Positions 26,617 through 39,113 of a stretch of DNA of 64,000 bases are shown here, piece by piece. The translations under genes were made by a program, and so were the position numbers. This DNA comes from Octopus vulgaris. Lineage: Eukaryota. The stretch's first letter is position 1. The number at the start of each line of letters is the position of its first letter. The stretch covers positions 45,942,001-46,006,000 of the forward strand of contig OX597816.1 in NCBI GenBank assembly GCA_951406725.2, given 5' to 3'. Under the pieces are notes generated by a model. That model saw only the letters and a program-made list of their open reading frames with translations, searched no databases and was not told where the DNA came from.

Positions 26617-26990
26617 ACAGGCATGGCTTCAGGTTCAGCTCCACTGCACAGAACCTTCGCCAAGTGTCTTCTAGTATAGCTGTGAACTGACAAATACCTT
26701 GCAAGTGAATTTGGAAGATGGAAACTGTGTGTAAGCCTTTGACTGACCGATGGATGGATCGATTGATCGATTGATTGATTGATTGGTCTTTGTGCTGGTC
26801 TCCCCACCACCACCATTTGACCAATGGTACTGATTTGTTTTCCCCCACCTACCCACCTTGACTCCAACAAAAAAGACCAATAGACTTTAAAAATAGCACT
26901 AGAGTCAATCTGTTTGATAAAAACCGGTTACGGTAGTGCCCCAGCATGGTCACAGTCTTATGACTGAAACAAGTAAAACGATAAAATAGA
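26617..26990 (+). mobile_element. SINE family A, older copy
   Basis: Same head, body and tail; internal microsatellite is GATT/GATG here. Confidence 0.8.
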
Positions 26991-29900
26991 TAAACACAAG
27001 GCTCAAAATTTGAAGAGAAGAGGAAAGCTTAATCAAATTTATATAAATCTCCAGAAAGATGAAACGCAAAATTAACCTCAGTGGGATCTGAACCCAGAAC
27101 ATAGACATCCAGAACAAATCACTTGAAATGCATTCTACCTACTGCTGCACAACACTGCCAATTCACCACTCTTGCTGGAGAGAGGTGTTATGGTTATATG
27201 CACACAAATATCCCAACTATAGACATAAATATTCCGAAGTAAATACTCAAACAAGCAGTTGGTGGTAATAGCATGCAAGGCGATTCAATAAGGTATTTTC
27301 TCCAATATACACACACCTACAAATCATAACATGTCAATATTATGTAGTTCTTGCGTGAAAGAGAGGTAAGTTCATAACAGATATATGTAGCTGTTATATA
27401 GACAATAATACACTTCACATGCCTGATCACAATTAATCCATAGTTGAGCTATAGATTAATCACTTCCGAAAAGGATCTTGATCTTTTTATTTTCATTGCT
27501 GTTGTTATCATTGTTGATAATCAGTATTACATTACAAATAGAATAATAATAGCTGAACACCACCAAAGTAAAGAAAACAACACCTTCACTCGGCTGCTTT
27601 ACACTTACAAACACAAACATGGCCACACACACACACACACATATGCAGAAGATAAAGCATATACAGACAAAGCAAAACATAGACACAGTCCAGGCAAAAA
27701 CATACAAAGTGAAACACACATAGAGATAAAGTAAAATACATGCACACACACACACATAGATAAAACACACATACACAGAGAGAGAAAAAAAACACATACA
27801 TACAGAAGTAAAATACAAACAGAAGCAAAACATATACACACATTGCTTAAGCTCTAGTAAAAAAAAAGAAAGAAAAAACAACTAATCATTATGTGCAGGC
27901 ATGACTGTTTGATTAAGATGCTAGCTTTGCAACCATGTGGTTCTGGGTTCAGTCCCACTGTGAAGCACCCTGGGCAAATTAACGCCTTGTGAATGAATAT
28001 AGTAAACAGAAAGCATGTGGAAGCCTGTTGTGTGTGTGTGTGTGTGTGCGCGCACATATATGTATGCGAGTGCATAATACTTCATCTCAGATAAATTACT
28101 GGCCCCCTACAAAGTTTAACCCTTTAACATTTAAACTAGCCATATGAGGCCCAAATATTCTACATGTTCTATGTTCAAACTGTCCAAATTTGGCCTCTCA
28201 CATTTACCATACAATACCATTCTAAAAATATACAATCACATCATTGCAATTTTGAAGCTATGAGATAATGCATAATTATTTCAAACCAATTTGATTAAGT
28301 ATGTTATTTGACAGAGTAATCTGAATGCTAAAAGATTTAAGAAAGATGCACAATGAAGTACAGTGACCACATCTGCTGCAGCTGTTATTGTTAGTCCACA
28401 CACAAACAAAGTGGTGCCCCACATGTGTTGCAGTCCAATGAATGAAATAAGAGAAAAGATACACACACAACTTTATTCATTCTATAACTGTTTACCCATA
28501 CTACTTAGATTAGACATATACATATTACTGAGTTCTTTTTGTTGCTAACTCTTACCTGTTTTTCAAGTAAAGGAGGTGTCATGCAACTTGTCTTCTAACA
28601 TATAAAGATATGCATCATTCATAGCTCAGTTCAGCCAAACACTCAGGCACACAGGCATGCATGAACACACACACACACACACAGAGGCTTTGCACAGATT
28701 TCATCTATCAAATTCACTCAAAAGATATTGGCTGTCCTAGGGTTATAGTAAAAGACACTCACCCGTTCTATTGAAAAAGCACTAACCGATCGTGGCTGTT
28801 GCCAGCCACCCCCTGGTACCTGTGCGGGTGGCACGTAAAAAGCAGCCACTATACTCTCGGAGTGGTTGACGTTAGAAAGGGCATCCAGCTGTAGAAACAC
28901 TGCCAGATCAGACTGCCTCCTGATTTCCCAGACCCCGGTCGAACCGTACAACCCATGCTAGCATGGAAAACTGACGTTAAACGATGATGATGATGACGAT
29001 AATGATGTGAAGGTCAATGTGCTCAGCTAATTTACAACACAGTCAAGCATTCAAACGTTATAAACTATAAAGCTTAGGTGTTAAATGCATATGAACAAGG
29101 CACATCATTCTACTTGCTTCAGTCAGCAAGTCTGACAAAGCATTGACTAAGAGCATATTGGATTTCTTTGATAGTTGGATGCTTAACAATAGAAAAGACA
29201 TCCAGCTGTAAAAGTAATTTGCAAAAACAATATGCAAAAGCAATGAGCTGAAGAAGAAGAAAAAAAAAAAAAGAACTATCTTATTCATGGTAGCATCAAT
29301 GGAAATACATGCAACAGATGCGTGTGTGTAAGCATGTATGACTGTATTGAACAAAATAAGGCTTAGTCTTATGATGGTATACAAAGATGTTGTCAACCTG
29401 CAAAACAATGCAGGTAATTCAGTGTTCAAACAAAAGGACCAACAATTTAATCCAGGTGAGAGAATCTCACAAGACCACACTTCTCATAATGCATACATAA
29501 TTTTGCAAACAAAAATCATTTTAATTAATTGTACCGTCACTTTCTTGAGTTCAAAGCACATGTACTAAAACTACAGGATAATCCAGTAGTACACCAGCAG
29601 ATTACATAAGATTATTTCTGTTACCATAGCAATACCTCATGAGCAATTAAAACTAATCCAATCAAGTGAAAAAAATACATAATTATGATACAGTGATGTG
29701 CACCTGAGTAATGAAAAGATCTAAAAACTAAAAACAAAAAACAAAAAAACAAAGGCCATGTTTATGAGAAAACATATAGTCAAGATGGCTGAAAAACTAA
29801 AAATAAAATTAATAAAAACTTGGAAAAAGTTTAAACAGCAAAGAAGAAAAAAACAAAGCTAAATTCAATATGAACATAATCCACACTATAATCCACAGCT

Positions 29901-30397
29901 TAAGGCCAAATAATAGAATGAGAAGACACATCAACATGAATGAAGAGGAGAAAAAGAGAGAGAGAGACTAATATATGTCAAAGAAACAACATAGGAATGA
30001 AGACTCATGGGAGTTATTTTTCGTCTTCAGTTAGTTCTTTGAAGTACCATCCAGTCCATCATTCCTGCTGCTGCTATTAACAACAATAACAGCAGCAGCA
30101 TCCTTAATTTGTTTGGGGTTTTTGTTTTGTTTTGTTTCGTTTTGTTTTTTTTTTATGCAGAAGACAGCATGGAATTTTTAAGACAGTCATTTATCAATTT
30201 AAACAGTCGAAGAAATGGAGGTAAAGTCAGTTCAATTGGAAAACTGAGTGAGAGCACTTCATTTTAACACACACACACACTCACAAACACAAACAAGCAA
30301 ACCAAAAAAAAAAAAAAAAACAAATTCTAGAAACTGAAGAATAATAGAGATTAGTAAAAAAAAAACAAAAAAAAAACAAGAACTAAGAAAATAATTA

Positions 30398-30471
30398 TTT
30401 ACATTATTTACATTTGACAGATATTTGTCCTCATCTTGTTTGTTGCTAACACAACATTTCCGCTGGTATGC
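30398..30471 (-). mobile_element. Truncated second copy of the hammerhead-bearing arm
   Basis: Matches 38830-38898 (tttacatt..gacagatatttgtcctcatcttgtttgttg..aacacaac). Flanked by an imperfect repeat aagaaaataatta / aagaaataatta. Confidence 0.7.
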
Positions 30472-31016
30472 AAGAAATAATTAACAAACAATTTGCTGGC
30501 TCAAATGTTACATATGAATTTCTCACTTTTCATCCATTGAATAGATTTAGATAACAATAATCACATTTAATTCGTTAAATGTGAACAGTTCCCAGAGTTG
30601 AACCTACTTTCTCCCTTGCAACATATCTACTACAGTTTAAATAGTGGCTTTTGGATTATAACCCTGGTCAGTACTTAAATCCTTAAAATCCTTTAAAATG
30701 TTTTAGCCTAAGATTTTGTGCCACAAAGTCTTTAACCCTTTATCATTCAGATTACTCATTCATATGTAATGCCTGTTTATCCACATTGTTTTGAATTAAT
30801 CATGCATTACTTCATGGCTTCGAAATGTCCATGATGTGATTGCTAGTTTTAGAATGACATTGTAGGGTAGGTGTAAGAGGCTGGGTTTGATCAGTTTGGA
30901 CATAAATCAGGTAGTAGAGTATTTGGGTTACCTTTGACTACTTTAAATGTTCAAAGTCTTGCCACAGAATGAACACTTTGAACAAAGCATGTATTATCAA
31001 AATTTCTAGTCATTAG

Positions 31017-31194
31017 TATTCTGCCTTTATCATTAGCACATTGTTCAATAGAACAGCCAACGAGAGCCCTTATGCAGCCACTTGGCCTGCTAGAAATATC
31101 ACCCATATTCTGCCTTTATCGTTAGCACATTGTTCAATAGAACAGCCAATGAGAGCCCTTATGCAGCCACTTGGCCTGCTAGAAATATCACCCA
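31017..31194. repeat. 89-bp tandem duplication
   Basis: Units at 31017-31105 and 31106-31194; two mismatches seen. Confidence 0.9.
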
Positions 31195-31689
31195 AATCTC
31201 CATCAAATTATACCCTACTAGGACACATTGATACTCCTAAAAATATGAGACAGTCACAACTTAAATGCCATTGATTGGTACATTTGATTAGAATTAACCT
31301 GGAACTGAATAGCAACATCTTACAACAACACAGTCCACATTTTTAAAAATTAGCAATAGACCTACTTCCATATAGCAATAAAAGGAAAATAAGTAAAACA
31401 CATGTAGAATCATCAACATCATCATTTAAAGTTCACATTTCCATTGCTTGCAAGAGTCATATAAAATTTGTTGAGGCAGATTTTTTTCACAGCCAGATGC
31501 CCTCCCTATCACCAATCTTCAGCTGTTTCCAAGCAACTACCCTGTAACTAGACATGTTTTTCACAGAAGACTGGAAATAACATTGCTAGCATGACAATGA
31601 TTCTAAACAAGGCTACACACATACACAAGCACACACACACACACACACACATTTACACACACACACACATTGGGCCTCTTTCAGTTTCT

Positions 31690-32103
31690 TATTTCTTTAC
31701 TGCCCACAAGGGCCTAAACATAAAGGGGACAAACAAGGACAGACAAAGGGATTAAGCCGATAAGATCGACCCCAGTGCATAACTGGTACTTAATTTATCG
31801 ACCCTGAAAGGACGAAAGGCAAAGTCGACCCCAGCGGAATTTGAACTCAGAACATAATGGGAGACGAAATACCTATTTCTTTACTACTCACAAGGGGCTA
31901 AACACAGAGAGGACAAACAAGGACAGACAAGTGGATTAAGTCGATTATATTGACCCCAGTGTGTAACTGGTACTTATTTAATTGACCCCGAAAGGATGAA
32001 AGGTAAAAGTCGACCTCAGCGGAATTTGAACTCAGAACGTAACAGCAGACGAAATACCGCTAAGCATTTCGCCCGGCGTGCTAACGTTTCTGCCAGCTCG
32101 CCA
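31690..32103 (-). mobile_element. SINE family B head-to-tail dimer nested in a family A copy
   Basis: One 15-bp TSD cctctttcagtttct (31675-31689, 32104-32118) encloses two units joined at 31872/31873. Confidence 0.85.
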
Positions 32104-33311
32104 CCTCTTTCAGTTTCTATCTACCAAATCTACTCACAAGGCTTTGGTCAGCCTAGGGCCATAATAGAAGACATAGTGCTATGCAGTAGGACTGAAGACC
32201 TCATAGTTGGGAAGCAAGCTTCTTACCCACACAGCCATGCCCACACCTATAGAAATACTGAATTTTTAAAATACATGACGTGCATGTGTTAGCTAATGCT
32301 CTGCTGAAGAGTAAATACTCCAATGACAGCATTTGAGCTAAACATTGCAACATTTGAATTTACTGAGTAAACATTTCATCCTGTTCAACAGATGTTTACA
32401 ACACCAATAAAATGTTATATGGATATAACTATTGTTTTAAGGCTATTTTTCCTGCTAAAGTTGGAGTCAAACTAGCAGAGCCCATGACAGTTTTCTCCAT
32501 TTTGCTTTACCCTCTACATCCCCACCTTAACAACCTCCTTCAATTTCTCCTCAACCATTTTCAGCTATGTCTTTCTCGGTCTTCCTCTGCTATTTACTTC
32601 CTATATCCATTTCCGTCACTTACCACCCATCTTCCCTTAGCACATGATCCAACTATTTTCTTTGCATAACATCTATTACTGGCTGTCTTTATAGTGTGTG
32701 TGTGTGTGTACATTTTATTTTAATATACCGTAAAACCTATGTAATTTGCGCAACTGTGTAATTTACGCAGGTGATTTTCAGAATGAAAATTGTTAAGAAG
32801 AGCTTCTACTCGTGTAAAATTCACACCCGAAAGTTTTCAGAATGGCCAGGGGGAAAAGGTTTTCAATTTAGTTGTATTTAGCATAATTTCACTTACTTAT
32901 GATTAGATTTTATTAAATTTTCATTAAATAAAAATAATTTCTGTTTAACAGGTATCATATTGAAAGCTATTAAATTACAAAGTGTTTGTGTTGTTTAAAC
33001 TTTATTTTACATTTCTTGCTCACAAGAGATTATGTCCGATCTTTAGCATACTTCTGTATGTCTTCTCAAATCACAATCACAAGAAAAGATGGATATAATT
33101 CTTATCAACAAAAACAAAGCTGATAAATACACACAAGTGTTGCAAAATAAGTTTAATTACCAATAAACATCAGCTAGGATGACAATTTATCAACCAGACA
33201 CAACAGAATATTCTTCAACACACTAACTCACATAAAGAATCTTGCAAACCAAATCCAAAGCCGAAATAAAAAAAAAAAAACAATATACTAATTACCCTTG
33301 TAAATGTTTAA

Positions 33312-33531
33312 CCATTTAGCATTCAGATTATGATGTCAAATGTAATGCTTATTTATTTACCCAGTTTTAAATTAATCATGCATTATCTCATAGCTCTGAA
33401 ATGTTGATCAAGTGATTATTCATTTTTAGAGTGACATGGTAGGGTAAGTGCAAGAGGCTGGATCTAACCAATTTGAATATAAAATGGGTAGAATATTTGA
33501 GTCAGATATGGTGAGTTTAAACACTAAATGG
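33312..33531. mobile_element. piggyBac-type MITE family 1 (about 220 bp)
   Basis: TTAA on both sides, TIR cc(c/a)tttagcatt. Other copies at about 5895-6078, 15742-15968, 20110-20250, 25150-25320, 28120-28335, 30735-30955 and 53360-53570. Confidence 0.8.
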
Positions 33532-34098
33532 TTAAAACTAAGTAACAATACACATGTAGTTTCAAGTTTTGATTCCACTTGCATGGTAACCCAGCAAGGA
33601 TCAGCTGCCATAGCTTAACCATTTCAGACCTGGGCTCCTGAGCAAAACAATAAATAGTTGCATATACATCATCATCAAACATCCTACTTAAATGCTGGGA
33701 TGGGTTGGACGGTTTGATAGGAGCTGGCCAGGCAGTGGCCTGCACCACACTTCTGTGACTGTTTTGGCAGGAAGTTTACGGTTGGATGCCCTTCCTAACA
33801 CCAACCACCCAGGAGTGTAGACTGAATGCTTTTTACGTGGCACAAGAAAAGACAAGGTCACTTTAGCATGGTTTTTATAGCTGGATGCCCTTCTAAACGT
33901 CAACCACTTCAGTGTGGACTGGATGGTTTTTAAGTGACACCAGCACTGGCAGGGTCATCAAGTAACTTGCAAGACAAAGATCCTTTGAGAAGGGAGGGAG
34001 CATTGGAGGAGAGGATCTTGCTCAAGGAGTAACGGCTGTAGGTAAACTAATTGACAGAATCAGTTGCATCTTGTTTTTCTACACGTGTTGTTCATTAC

Positions 34099-34232
34099 CA
34101 CTTTACTATGAATCTGGCAGACATGATGTTTAACCTATTGCCGCTATAGCAGAAACACAGCATGACAGGCTTAACGTTGACTCGAACCTTGTGAATGAAA
34201 GTGAGCGGACTCAATACATTGTGAAAGCTCAT
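34099..34232 (-). CDS. Candidate alternative start exon MSFHNVLSPLTFIHKVRVNVKPVMLCFCYSGNRLNIMSARFIVK + phase 2
   Basis: ATG at 34232, 44 codons + 2 nt, donor GTG|gtaatg; inside a roughly 420-bp non-repetitive island. Confidence 0.25.
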
Positions 34233-34519
34233 CAGATGGAGGGCATGATTTTTGAGGATAATAGACACTCTGCATTCAAGTTTAATGCTACCAAAATCTG
34301 CCCTTGGTTACCTTTGGCAGAGTCCACAACATTTCAAACGTTCAAATCAGGAACAGGTTCTTTTCTCTCTTCCCCTCTCATCTTCATTCATCACCCACAG
34401 GACAAGGAAACTCCAAAAATCACACAGCAGAAAGTAGAAAATGCCACTGAGCACTGATGAGTAATGTTTTAAAGGAATCACAATTTCTTTTGAAAGTTGT
34501 ACTAAAATGTATGTGTGTG

Positions 34520-34808
34520 TATTTATACACACACACACACACATTCATATATACGCACACTATATACATACGCTATATACATATATACATACACTATATA
34601 CATACGCTATATATATATATACATACACTATATACATACGCTATATATATATATACATACACTATATACACCTACACTATATGCACTATATACACCATAT
34701 ACATATACGCTATATACATATGCACACTAAATACATACGCTATATACATATATACATACACTATATACATACGCACACTAAAATGCATGTGTGTGTATTT
34801 ATACACAT

Positions 34809-34839
<31 letters not shown>

Positions 34840-35428
34840 TTCATACACACGCACACTATTTACCCGGGTAGGTCTAACATAAAGCGACAGAACCCATGAT
34901 TTGATTGAAATGCATGTGCTTCACTGGCTTCATATGAATAAAAATACAAGAACTGAAAAAGCAAAATCACTAACTCAAATGTTTATCCTGTTTACTAAGT
35001 GAATTCTGTCTTGAGATGTGTTCATGTGTGTGTGACAGCACACATGCAGAGAAGCAATGTGGATGTATGTGTGTGTATGTGTGTGCACGTGTATAAAGGT
35101 AGGGTGTGTATGTACTTATACACACGTGTGTGTGTGTGTGTGTACATAAATGTGTGTATATATACATAAATGTGTGTGTGTATATGCACACACACGGTGT
35201 GTGAATGCACATATGAGCATATGTGCTTTTATATGAAAATATGCATGCATGCATGCATGCAAAAATGGGAGTAAGAATGAAAGGGGGGGAAAAAAAATTT
35301 AGGGGGGGGGTGAAGAGGAGGAAAAAAATTAGAAAATAAACGGAGAGAAGAGTAAAGTAGGAAAAAGAGAAAAGTGTTAAATCAAAACTAAGATGAATTC
35401 CATTAGAGAGAGAGAGAGAGAAAGAGAG

Positions 35429-35478
<50 letters not shown>

Positions 35479-36830
35479 GGTAAAGAGAAAAGAAAAGGAA
35501 GCTGCTGCAGAGATATATATATAAAAAGAAAAAAGATTATTGCTGAAAAGCTTATCCATTCTCAGGAAATCTTAAAATGCTATTTCTAAGCCAGTTATGT
35601 CACCAGTGGCAACAGGTAGCCTTAATCAGAGAAATCAATCAGAGAGAGAGAGAGAAGGAGGGAGAGAGAGATAGAGAAAGAAATTTGAAGATGGATAGAA
35701 ATAGAAATAAAGCGGAGCAGAGACAGAGAAAGGAATGGATCAAGTGGTGGGTGGAAGGAGAGAGAGAGAGAGGTTGGTGGAGAGTGAAAGATGGGTGGAG
35801 AGAGAGAGAAAGGGAAAGAGAGAGATGGGTGGAGAGATGGAGATAGAGATGAGGGGGTGGACAGGGATGGAGGTGAGTTGTCAAAGGGATGGATAGAGAG
35901 AGATGGGAATAGGCCAAGAGAGAGAGAGAGATGGGTGGAGAGATGGAGATAGAGATGAGGGGGTGGACAGGGATGGAGGTGAGTTGTCAGAGGGATGGAT
36001 AGAGAGAGATGGGAATAGGCCGAGAGAGAGAGAGAGATGGAGATAAAAATGAGGTAGAAAGAAACGGACAAATAGATAAGGAGAGACAGGAAGAGAGAAA
36101 CGGGGACAGACAGAAAGCTAAGGGAGGCGGGGGGGGGGAAGAGAACGGGGAGAGATACATGGAAAGTTTCTTTCTACCTCAAACCACAGATTACAGACAA
36201 GGCATAACAAAACTAACTTACTGAAAATGCAAAGAAATAAAAAAAGGAACGATATAAATACATACAAATCAAAAAAGATTGGAACAGCTTTCTTTGCAGA
36301 TATTTGAATTGATTACATTTTCCACCATAAAAGAGGGGAATGAAGAAGACAAAGGAGAGGCCAGTTCAAATGGAATCATCACCCAAGAGAAATGAGTTTA
36401 AGCAGCTACATTTCATAAGGAGACATATTTATCTTTTCATCAGAAACTCTACTCTAATGCAGACATAAACACACACACACACACATTTATACATACAAAT
36501 ATACACATACATGTGTATATACAAACACACACGAATACACACACACACACACATATACACACATATATATATATATATATACATACACACACACATATAT
36601 ATATATACACACACACACAAATACAAATACAAAAAACATATACAACACATACATATAAACAAACAAATATGCATATATATATACACACAAATACATAGAT
36701 ATCCACATACAAATGCACAAATACACACAAATACACATACATATATACATATAAATACACATACATAAACCCACATATATACACATATACATATACACAA
36801 ATACACACACACACAAATACCCAATACACT
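34520..36830. repeat. Compound low-complexity zone (TA/CA tracts 34520-34860, GA tracts 35405-36100, CA/TA tracts 36465-36830)
   Basis: Direct inspection; explains the many HTHT/CVCV/ERER ORFs. Confidence 0.9.
35818..36030. repeat. 106-bp tandem duplication within a purine-rich GA tract
   Basis: gggtggagagatgg at 35827 and 35933. Confidence 0.85.
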
Positions 36831-37723
36831 GTTTTTTAATCATGTTTTGCACACATATACATATTCACACACGCACACACTAATACAGACATGTGTGTAG
36901 ACATACAGAAGGATTGAAATACATAGACACACATGTACATGACAGCTACACACACAAACACACACACATAGACAGATGCACACATACCCAGACATATACA
37001 CACACGAATTCCATTGCATATCACCTAAGGCTAGTGTCTTCAACCAGTTTCGTAAACAAACTCTGTAGAAACCCATCAAAATAACTATACATGTATTTTG
37101 AAGGGTCAGCTTTGTTGCACACTGTATTATACATATGTGCATATATGTATGCAAATGTTGACAGCTCACAGCTTCACTTGTCACTACCTAAGCCAAACAG
37201 GGACATGGTGTTAACACTCCTTGCTGACATTATGACCAGAAGTTCTGTGCTTTGGAAAATCAGTGGAATAATGAAAAAAAAAAAAATCATTATTTGAAAA
37301 ACAGGTAAGTGTTGGTGACAGGAAGAGCATCATGCCGTAAAGTATCATCTCAAATAAGCCTCTGCCAATCCCATGGGAAAATGAATGCAATGGGCTTCTT
37401 TCAGTTTCCACCTACTAAATTTACTCACAAGTTGACTCAAGTAGAAGATACCAGCACAAGATGCAGCAGGACTGAACCCACACCCTGTGATTGTGAAGGG
37501 AACTCCTCAGCCACACACCATGCCTATAAAGAACTGTGTGAACCAGAAGAAGAAAAGAGTATTCAATAATACTATCTATTGAAGGTTTAAATTCGATAAG
37601 ATTAGGAAACAGGAGACTCGGAGTAACAGCTGGTGAAAGTTTCAACTTACATTAAGCAAGATAAAACTATATATATATGGTTTTATTTGTTCTTTATGCA
37701 ACTATTTTGGAACTGTAACATAC

Positions 37724-37804
37724 TGAACATATAATGTAATACTCCTTTTTTTGAGAACGCTGTATACGGAAGGACTGACAATAGTCAAATAATGGAACTG
37801 CCAT
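37724..37804 (-). CDS. Candidate alternative start exon MAVPLFDYCQSFRIQRSQKKEYYIICS, phase 0
   Basis: ATG at 37804, 27 codons, donor TCA|gtatgt; unique sequence beside a CA microsatellite. Confidence 0.25.
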
Positions 37805-37857
37805 CCAAAGATCAGAAACGTAAAACTCAAGAGTAATGGTTAGTGAAGCTTTCAGTT

Positions 37858-37907
<50 letters not shown>

Positions 37908-38874
37908 AACACACACACACATATGCTCCCATGTATAAATTTATGTATACAAATACACAGATTAATGTTATTGCATAGTAAAACAGTTTGAGATATATAT
38001 ATATATGTATATATATGGAAGAAACACAGAAACTCCTTAGAGAGGAAAATGATATATCGTGATATTCATAAACTTTTTTGCTGTTGTTTATATTACTTTG
38101 TTCCAATAATACAAAATCTACCAAATAAAAACACACCAAGACAACTTGATAGATTCTGTACAAGAATTAAATGACTTCTGAGATTTCCTTGGATTCAGTA
38201 AGAATATCGAGAAAAATAAAAGAAAAAATATAAATATATTCAGCAACAAAAAATACATATAACTTGACAGAATCCTGTGTCAATATTTTTATTATATACA
38301 TTATTCTTATTTTTTTTTTCTTTGCTATAAGCTGATAACGATGCAGACGTGCATGCACACACACACATGTGCATCTGTATATGTGTGCATGTCATGCAGT
38401 ACCAAATTACATATGTATGTTTAATAAAGAATGCAAATAAATGTACCCAAGTGCAAACTCTTTAACATCCATCTTTCCATATTAAGACAGATAAGATGAA
38501 TTTAGTATTATAGTAGTAGGAAGGGGGCTTTTTTTTTTTCTTTCTTTTTTTTTTTTCACAGGTGGGTGCCTTTTCTGTAACCAACTACAACTGCTTAAGT
38601 ACACAGCTAAAATTGATTTGTCGATTCTAGCTAAAGCAAAATGAACTCATCAAGGAGCAAACTATAACAGCCACAGCAAAAGTTGAACTTATCACCAAGA
38701 GCTCTGCAAACCAGCTTCTTAACCTCAGGTGTCGTATCACTAATACACATTCAACCAAATACATGATTATGCATATCGTCAAGTGCATTCTTATTCCATT
38801 TTTCCTTGTGTGCATATACACAAATTAGCATTATTTACATTCGACAGATATTTGTCCTCATCTTGTTTGTTGTT

Positions 38875-38920
38875 AACACAACGTTTCAGCTGATATGCCC
38901 TCCCACCTTCTTCAGGTGTC
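38875..38920 (-). ncRNA. Minimal type I hammerhead ribozyme motif (core intact, stem II partly decayed)
   Basis: GACAC-CUGAAGA-A-GGUGG..CAGCU-GAAA-C-GU-U-GUGUU: stem I GACAC/GUGUU, conserved CUGANGA and GAAA boxes, ACGU palindromic stem III. Confidence 0.65.
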
Positions 38921-39067
38921 CTGGAGAAATTTCAAACCTGGGTTCTCATTCCTAAGGTACTTTTCAATGTATATTATTATTATTATTGTTCAGGTCACTG
39001 CTTGGAATAAAACTCAGAATCTTGGGGTTAGTACCCCACACTCTTAACCACTACACCATATGCCCAA

Positions 39068-39113
39068 GACACCTGAAGAAGGCTGGAAAGTATATCAGCC
39101 AAAACACTGTGTT
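39068..39113 (+). ncRNA. Degenerate hammerhead ribozyme motif (stem II intact, GAAA mutated to AAAA)
   Basis: GACAC-CUGAAGA-A-GGCUG-gaaaguauau-CAGCC-AAAA-CACU-GUGUU; inverted partner of 38875-38920. Confidence 0.55.

Noticed and set aside
28545-28585. Minus-strand donor CAG|gtaaga with an upstream ATG
   Set aside because: Part of a repeat motif (ctcacctgtttccaag) that recurs in SINE copies.
27340-29470. Plus-strand donor motifs (about 27366, 29412, 29455) and ORF 29338..29568
   Set aside because: No convincing acceptors or coherent plus-strand gene model.
34305-34345. SNAP-25-like LKCCGLC on the minus strand
   Set aside because: Bounded by stops with no acceptor; probably chance.
36205-36250. 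Pyrimidine tract ending ttttcagtaagt on the minus strand
   Set aside because: Acceptor AG and donor GT share one G, so it is neither an exon nor an AG|GT site; unresolved.
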